From the NCBI RefSeq assembly GCF_036267815.1, contig NZ_DATAVI010000065.1:20383-84382 (forward strand): a stretch of 64,000 nucleotides of DNA, read 5' to 3'. Below are positions 58,399 to 64,000 of the stretch, piece after piece (position 1 is the first letter of the stretch; every line of letters begins with the position of its first letter). Source of the stretch: Nocardioides sp. GTDB taxonomy: Bacteria; Actinomycetota; Actinomycetes; Propionibacteriales; Nocardioidaceae. The notes beneath the pieces are model-generated. The model had not been told where the DNA came from, searched no databases, and saw only the letters and a list, made by a program, of their open reading frames with translations. Position numbers and translations under genes: made by a program.

Positions 58399-59549
58399 GC
58401 TCCTCGCTCGACCTGCTCAGCGGCGACGCCCAGACCTTCGCCACGAAGGTCTGGGCGTCGCGGGTGCTCATCCACCAGACCGAGCCCGAGCTGCTGACCG
58501 CCCTGCTCGCACTGGCCGACGTCGACCACCTCCTGACCGAGACCGCCATTCGGGTCCCGGCCGTCCGCGTCGCCCGTGACGGGAGCGTCCTCGCCGAGTC
58601 CGCGTTCGTCCGCAGCGGCGTCACGGTGGCCGGCAAGCCGCTGACCGGCCTGGTCGACCCGCGCAAGGTGCTGGCGCTCTACGACGCCGGGGCGACCGTG
58701 GTGCTCCAGGCCCTCCAGCGGTACTGGCCGCCGTTGACCGGCCTCGTGTCCCGGCTCGAGCTCGAGCTCGGACACCCCTGCCAGGCCAATGCCTACCTCA
58801 CCCCGCCCGGGTCGCAGGGGTTCGCGGTGCACGAGGACCCCCACGACGTGTTCGTGTTCCAGACCCACGGCACCAAGCTGTGGGAGATCCACCACGCCGA
58901 CGGCGACCGCCTCTGCGATCAGCATGCCGGCTGCCGGGTCGACGACGTCTTGATGCGTCCCGGGGTCTCGATGTACCTGCCGACCGGCACCCCGCACGCC
59001 GCCAGGGCCCAAGACACCGCCAGCCTCCACGTCACCGTCGGGATCAACCAGCGCACCTGGTCCGACCTTCTGCGGCAGGTGGTCGAGCCGCTGGTCGAGG
59101 AGCTGGCTACGGTGCACCTGCCGGCCGGAGTCCTGGGCAGCCCCGACGAGCTGGCCGCCGGTCTCGCCGAGCGGCTCGAGGCCTTCGCCGACGCCGTACG
59201 CCGGGTCGACACCCACGACGCGGTCGCCCGCGACGCCGAGCGGTTCCTGTGCAGCCGCAACCCGCGCTCGTCCGGGGGCCTGCTGGCCCGCTCCGCGGCT
59301 CGCGAGCTGACTCCCGAGAGTGCGCTGCGCCGCCGACCGGGCGTGCCGTGCGTCGTACGGCAGCGGGGAGATCGCCTGCTCCTCCTCCTCGGCGACCGGA
59401 GCCTCGACGTCCCGGCCTGGCTGGGTCCAGCCGTCTCCGAGCTCCGGCCCGGAGCCGTCCTCCGCCCGCGCGACCTGCCCCTCACCGAAGAGAGCGCGGT
59501 CGTGCTGTGCAGACGCCTGCTGCGCGAAGGGCTGCTCGAGCCGGCATGA
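58395..59549 (+). CDS. JmjC/cupin_4 (ROX/YcfD-like) Fe(II)/2OG oxygenase
   Basis: ANAYLTPPGSQGFAVHEDPHDVF (HxD), GTKLW, PTGTPH; C-terminal winged-helix-like domain; likely CTG start at 58395. Confidence 0.88.
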   Translation: MSSSLDLLSGDAQTFATKVWASRVLIHQTEPELLTALLALADVDHLLTETAIRVPAVRVARDGSVLAESAFVRSGVTVAGKPLTGLVDPRKVLALYDAGATVVLQALQRYWPPLTGLVSRLELELGHPCQANAYLTPPGSQGFAVHEDPHDVFVFQTHGTKLWEIHHADGDRLCDQHAGCRVDDVLMRPGVSMYLPTGTPHAARAQDTASLHVTVGINQRTWSDLLRQVVEPLVEELATVHLPAGVLGSPDELAAGLAERLEAFADAVRRVDTHDAVARDAERFLCSRNPRSSGGLLARSAARELTPESALRRRPGVPCVVRQRGDRLLLLLGDRSLDVPAWLGPAVSELRPGAVLRPRDLPLTEESAVVLCRRLLREGLLEPA

Positions 59550-60427
59550 GCGAGCGGTGCAGCGTCGCGGCTCGCGCGCGCGGTGACGAGCTGGCCGGGA
59601 CGGCCACCCGGGTGAGCTCGTTCCTGCTGGTCGAGGACGCCGGCCCGTGGGGCGAGGTCGCGCTGCGGGACTCGCGGCTGCCCGACGACGTGGCCGCCTG
59701 GCTCCGTGCCCAGGCGGAGGCCACCCGGGTGCGGATCCTGTTGATACGTCGCCCGGGACGCACCACCCGCACCCGGCCGCGGGTGTTCGCCGTTCGCTCA
59801 GGGCAGTGGTGCGAGCGCGCCGAGCTCGACCGGATCGACGACGTGACGACCCTCGACGTCGCGGCGCTCGCGGCCGGGAGGTCGGTGGGCCTGGAACCTT
59901 GGGGCGAGCCGCTGGTCCTGGTGTGCACGCACGGTCGCCACGATGCCTGCTGTGCCGAACGCGGTCGGCCGCTGGCGGCCGAGCTGGGTCAGATCGAGCC
60001 GGGCCGGGTCTGGGAGTGCTCCCACCTGGGCGGTGACCGGTTCGCCGGCAACGTCCTGGTCCTTCCCGAGGGCCTCGGCTTCGGGCGCGTCGACGTCGCC
60101 GCGGCCGCCCGCCTGCTCGCCGACCTCGACCGGGGCGAGCTCGACCTCGACCTGCTGCGTGGTCGGTGCACCCTGCCGATGGCAGCGCAGTACGCCGAGG
60201 TGCAGCTGCGCCGCGAGCTCGCCGAGGTCCGCGACGATGCGCTGCGCTGCACCTCCCTACGACGGGTCGACGGACTCATGCGGGTGGCGTTCGAGCGCGA
60301 GGGCACGACGTACGACGTGTCGGTGCGCACCGTCCCCGGCCCGCCCGCGACCCTGACCTGCCGGGCCGCCGGCACCAACCCGGTGCCGCGTCACGAGATC
60401 ATGTCGGTCACCACACCCGCGGGCTGA
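59546..60427 (+). CDS. Sucrase/ferredoxin-like (thioredoxin-fold 2Fe-2S) protein
   Basis: ERCS, LLVEDAGPWG, VCTHGRHDACCA, WECSHLGGDRFA; ATGA overlap. Confidence 0.88.
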   Translation: MSERCSVAARARGDELAGTATRVSSFLLVEDAGPWGEVALRDSRLPDDVAAWLRAQAEATRVRILLIRRPGRTTRTRPRVFAVRSGQWCERAELDRIDDVTTLDVAALAAGRSVGLEPWGEPLVLVCTHGRHDACCAERGRPLAAELGQIEPGRVWECSHLGGDRFAGNVLVLPEGLGFGRVDVAAAARLLADLDRGELDLDLLRGRCTLPMAAQYAEVQLRRELAEVRDDALRCTSLRRVDGLMRVAFEREGTTYDVSVRTVPGPPATLTCRAAGTNPVPRHEIMSVTTPAG

Positions 60428-60435
60428 GCCGCACA

Positions 60436-60471
60436 CATACTCCTAGTATGGCGACGGATCGGAGTCGCCAT
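60436..60471 (+). promoter_or_regulatory. Inverted repeat CATACT-N3-AGTATG with embedded TAGTAT -10, and an RBS/start-occluding hairpin
   Basis: ATGGCGAC (60448-60455) pairs with GTCGCCAT (60464-60471). Confidence 0.5.
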
Positions 60472-61882
60472 GACCACGCTCGACAACACCCCTGGCCAGC
60501 CCAGCACCGCGGCCCTGACCGCGCGCCGGTTCGAGCGGATGCGCCCGTTCGGCGGGCAGGAGGCACCGCGGTTCGCGACCCGCGGGCTGCCGCCAGGTCC
60601 TCGGTGGCCGGTCTGGCTTCAGAGCGTGGCCCTGCTGCGCTTCCGCCACCAGTTCGTGCCCCGCATGTGGCGGCGGTACGGCGACGTCTTCACCGTCCGG
60701 GTGATCCCGGGCGGGCGGCCGCTGGTGCTCTTCACGCGGCCCGAGCATGCCAAGGAGATCTTCGCCGGCGATCCCGAGGTGTTCCACGCGGGGAAGGGCA
60801 ACGCCATCCTCGGGCCGATCATGGGTGAGCACTCCCTACTGCTCCAGGACGGTCGCGAGCACCAGCGTGCCCGCGCGCTGCTGATGCCGGCGTTCAACGG
60901 ACACGCGCTGCGGGGGTACCGCGGCCTGGTGGAGGAGGTCGCGCGCGCCGAGGTGGCGCGGTGGCACTCCGGCGAGGAGTTCCGCAGCCTCGACCGGATG
61001 AACGCGCTGACCCTGGAGGTGATCCTGCGCGTCGTCTTCGGGGTCACCGAGGAGGCGCGGCTCGCGCCGCTGCGACCCTGCGTCACCCGCACGGTCGCCA
61101 TCAGGCCGGCCGTGCTGCTGGGCTGGGGCTACCCGGTCCTCCAGCGGTTCGGGCCCTGGCGCAGGACGGTCCAGAACGCCTACCGCCTCGACGAGCTCAT
61201 CTACGCCGAGATCCGCGAACGGCGCTCGGCGCCGGACCTGCCGCGGCGCGGCGACGTCCTCTCGCGGCTGATCCTGGCCGGCTCGGGTCACGAGGACGGC
61301 GCGCAGACGGAGCGGCTCACCGACGAGGAGCTGCGCGACCAGCTGGTCACCCTGCTGCTCGCCGGGCACGAGACCACCGCCTCGGCGCTGTCGTGGGCCC
61401 TGTACGAGCTCGGCCGCGACGCCGGAGAGCTCGCCCGGGCGCGCGCGGCCGCCCGGTCGGGCGACGACGCCCACCTCGAGGCCGTCCTGAAGGAGGCGAT
61501 GCGGCTCCACCCGGTCATCCCCATGGTCGTGCGAACCCTGATGCGGCCGGCGACCGTGGGCGGCTGGGACCTGCCCGCTGGTGCCACGGTCGGACCCTCG
61601 ATCCTGGTCGCCCACGCCCGTGCCGACAACCACCCCGACCCCGGGCGGTTCGCGCCCGACCGGTTCCTCGGCGCCAACCCGCCGGTCAACACCTGGATCC
61701 CCTTCGGAGGCGGCGTACGCCGGTGCATCGGCGCCGGGTTCTCGCTGATGGAGGGCGTGGAGGTGCTGCGCCAGGTTCTTGCGACGTACGCCGTGACAGC
61801 CGTGGGGACCGACCGGCCACGGGTCCGCAACATCACCAGCGTCCCCCACCGAGGCTCGCGGGTCCGGATCACGAGGGCATGA
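60470..61882 (+). CDS. Cytochrome P450
   Basis: AGHETT I-helix, EAMR, FGGGVRRCIG heme Cys. Confidence 0.95.
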   Translation: MTTLDNTPGQPSTAALTARRFERMRPFGGQEAPRFATRGLPPGPRWPVWLQSVALLRFRHQFVPRMWRRYGDVFTVRVIPGGRPLVLFTRPEHAKEIFAGDPEVFHAGKGNAILGPIMGEHSLLLQDGREHQRARALLMPAFNGHALRGYRGLVEEVARAEVARWHSGEEFRSLDRMNALTLEVILRVVFGVTEEARLAPLRPCVTRTVAIRPAVLLGWGYPVLQRFGPWRRTVQNAYRLDELIYAEIRERRSAPDLPRRGDVLSRLILAGSGHEDGAQTERLTDEELRDQLVTLLLAGHETTASALSWALYELGRDAGELARARAAARSGDDAHLEAVLKEAMRLHPVIPMVVRTLMRPATVGGWDLPAGATVGPSILVAHARADNHPDPGRFAPDRFLGANPPVNTWIPFGGGVRRCIGAGFSLMEGVEVLRQVLATYAVTAVGTDRPRVRNITSVPHRGSRVRITRA

Positions 61883-61946
61883 AAGTGGTCACGGGTTGCC
61901 CCATTTCCGACTCATGTCCCCGTCAGGACCGTCACAATCAGGTGTT

Positions 61947-63245
61947 ATGGCATGGGGGGCTCGTCTTCGTGCGCTCCGGATGGATCTCGGGCCGTTCCGA
62001 GAGCACCGGGACTTCCGCCTGCTCCTGACCGCCGGGACGGTCTTCTATCTCGGCGGGATGATGACCTACGTCGCGATCCCGTTCCAGATCTACCAGCTCA
62101 CGCACTCCAACTTCGCGGTCGGCGCGGTCGGCCTGGTCGAGCTCGTGCCCCTGGTCGTCTTCGGCCTGTACGGCGGCGCCCTGGCCGATCACGTCGACCG
62201 CCGGCTGCTGCTGATCTGGACCGGCATCGCGCAGGCGGCGTTCACGGCCTGGCTCTGCATCAACGCCTTCTCGTCGCACCCCGCGCTGTGGGAGATCTTC
62301 GTGGTCTCGGGCCTGCTGTCCTCCGCCTCGGCCCTTCAGCGGCCCTCGCGCGAGGCGCTGCTGCCGCGCACGGTGCGCCACGACGAGCTCACCGCCGCCA
62401 ACGCGCTCTCGAGCTTCGGCATGCAGGCCGGAGTGCTGGTCGGGCCCACGATCGGCGGACTCATCGTCGCCTCGGCCGGGCCCGGCTGGTGCTTCCTGGT
62501 CGACATCGTGGGGCTCTTCGCCGCCTCGATGATGTACGCCGCGATGCGCCGCTACCCCCATGTCGGCGAGACCGAGGCGCCCAGCCTGGCCGGCATCGGC
62601 GAGGGCCTGCGGTACGCGCTGAGCCGGCGTGACCTCCTCGGCACCTACGTCGTCGACCTCGCCGCGATGCTGCTGGCGATGCCGGTGGTGCTCTTCCCGG
62701 CGCTGGCGCAGAAGGTCTTCGGCGACCCGCACCTGCTCGGGCTGCTCTACTCCGCCGAGACCGTCGGGGCGCTGCTCGCGACGGCGTCGTCGGGCTGGAC
62801 CCGCCGCGTGCACCACCACGGCCGCGCCATCGTGCTGGCCGCGGTGACCTACGGCGCCTTCATCGCCCTGGCCGGCTGGGCGCCGTCCATCTGGCTGGCG
62901 GTGCTGTTCTTCACCCTGGCCGGTGCGGCCGACATGATCTCCGCTGTCTTCCGCGGCACCATCTGGGCCCAGACCATCCCCGACACGCTGCGGGGACGCC
63001 TGGCCGGCATCGAGATGCTGAGCTACTCCGTCGGCCCGCTCGGCGGCCAGGTCCGCGCCGGCGTCGTGGCCGACCGCTGGACCGTCCGCGGCTCGATCGT
63101 CAGCGGCGGCGTCTCCTGCGTGGCCGGCGTGGCGCTCACCGCCGTCTGGCTGCACGACTTCTGGCGGTACGACGAGCGCACCGACGAGTTCGCCCAGGCG
63201 CAGCGTGCGGCCCGGGTGGCGGTGGCGGAGACCGCCGGCCCCTGA
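61947..63245 (+). CDS. MFS exporter (DHA3/EntS-like)
   Basis: GALADHVDRR motif A; about 12 TM segments; LRGRLAG. Confidence 0.88.
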   Translation: MAWGARLRALRMDLGPFREHRDFRLLLTAGTVFYLGGMMTYVAIPFQIYQLTHSNFAVGAVGLVELVPLVVFGLYGGALADHVDRRLLLIWTGIAQAAFTAWLCINAFSSHPALWEIFVVSGLLSSASALQRPSREALLPRTVRHDELTAANALSSFGMQAGVLVGPTIGGLIVASAGPGWCFLVDIVGLFAASMMYAAMRRYPHVGETEAPSLAGIGEGLRYALSRRDLLGTYVVDLAAMLLAMPVVLFPALAQKVFGDPHLLGLLYSAETVGALLATASSGWTRRVHHHGRAIVLAAVTYGAFIALAGWAPSIWLAVLFFTLAGAADMISAVFRGTIWAQTIPDTLRGRLAGIEMLSYSVGPLGGQVRAGVVADRWTVRGSIVSGGVSCVAGVALTAVWLHDFWRYDERTDEFAQAQRAARVAVAETAGP

Positions 63246-63391
63246 GCGGCGACGTTCACGGGCCGCGGAGCGCTGCCCGGACACCGCGGCGAGCGGGGCA
63301 GCGAACCTGCTCGCAAGCCCCCGGCACCCCGGCGTTTGGGTCTGGGCGCGCAGTCCGAGACAATGGCGACCTCGAAGGAGGTGGCGGCACC

Positions 63392-63949
63392 GTGTCGGCT
63401 GATGAGAACCGCCCCGTGCTCGCCGGGCTCGCCGCGCTGGTCGGAGTCGCGCTGGCCGTGGGCCTGATCGCGTCCGTCGCGGTCGTGGCGGGGGCGCACG
63501 TGCTCGGGCTCGGCGGCGGTCACGCGGCCGCGGTCGGTGCCAACGACGGGGCGACGATGATCGTCCCCAGGCCGGGCAAGACCCAGTCCGCCGACGGCCC
63601 GTCGATCACCCTCGGCTCCAGCCCGACGACGTCGACCACCGATGGCGGCAAGGCGCCGACGATCAAGAAGCCGAAGAAGCAGATCTCGCTCCAGGCGGGC
63701 GAGACGTCGGTGGCGCCGATGGGCCGCATCGATCTGAGCGGCACCTACCCGGGCGGCGAGGGCGAGGTCCTCAACGTCCAGAAGTTCAGCAACGGCTCCT
63801 GGCAGGACTTCTACTCCATCTCCACCGCGGTCACCAACGGCACCTTCTCGACGTACATCCAGACCGGCACGCCGGGGATGAACCGCCTCCGGGTCATCGA
63901 CAGCGACACCAAGCTCGCCTCCAACGAGGTCCGCGTCCAGATTCGCTAG
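63392..63949 (+). CDS. Membrane-anchored hypothetical protein with C-terminal Ig-like beta domain
   Basis: N-terminal TM helix, S/T linker, beta-rich C-terminus. Confidence 0.75.
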   Translation: MSADENRPVLAGLAALVGVALAVGLIASVAVVAGAHVLGLGGGHAAAVGANDGATMIVPRPGKTQSADGPSITLGSSPTTSTTDGGKAPTIKKPKKQISLQAGETSVAPMGRIDLSGTYPGGEGEVLNVQKFSNGSWQDFYSISTAVTNGTFSTYIQTGTPGMNRLRVIDSDTKLASNEVRVQIR

Positions 63950-64000
63950 CGCCGCCACCGATAGTACGGATCAGGAGACTGGTCTTGGGCGACCTGCGAC

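Overview
High-GC actinobacterial chromosomal segment; gene content and protein styles suggest Nocardioidaceae (inference). About 60 CDS, one tRNA-Gly(CCC), several pseudogenes, and no CRISPR array, rRNA, transposase or integrase. Housekeeping and metabolic genes: DEAD-box helicase, FadE5-like acyl-CoA dehydrogenase, dcd, npdG, an Fe-S/CCG oxidoreductase, a malyl-CoA lyase/thioesterase-like pair, an ars cluster, and a histidine-utilisation (hut) pathway split into two blocks. Most interesting candidates: (1) a translationally coupled operon of an 80-aa (DGT/DG)n repeat peptide, a JmjC/ROX-type oxygenase and a sucrase-ferredoxin, flanked by a LAL regulator, a P450 and an EntS-like MFS, which looks like an undescribed RiPP-like peptide-modification system; (2) three tandem paralogous Cys-containing secreted proteins interleaved with a 164-bp CTAG-ended MITE whose ends supply stop codons; (3) two tandem ~1100-aa proteins that look like an S8-protease scaffold lacking its catalytic domain fused to a C-terminal S53 protease; (4) a second repeat family with an inverted core, one copy inserted in-frame in hutF. 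All family assignments come from motif recognition by eye; no database searches were run.
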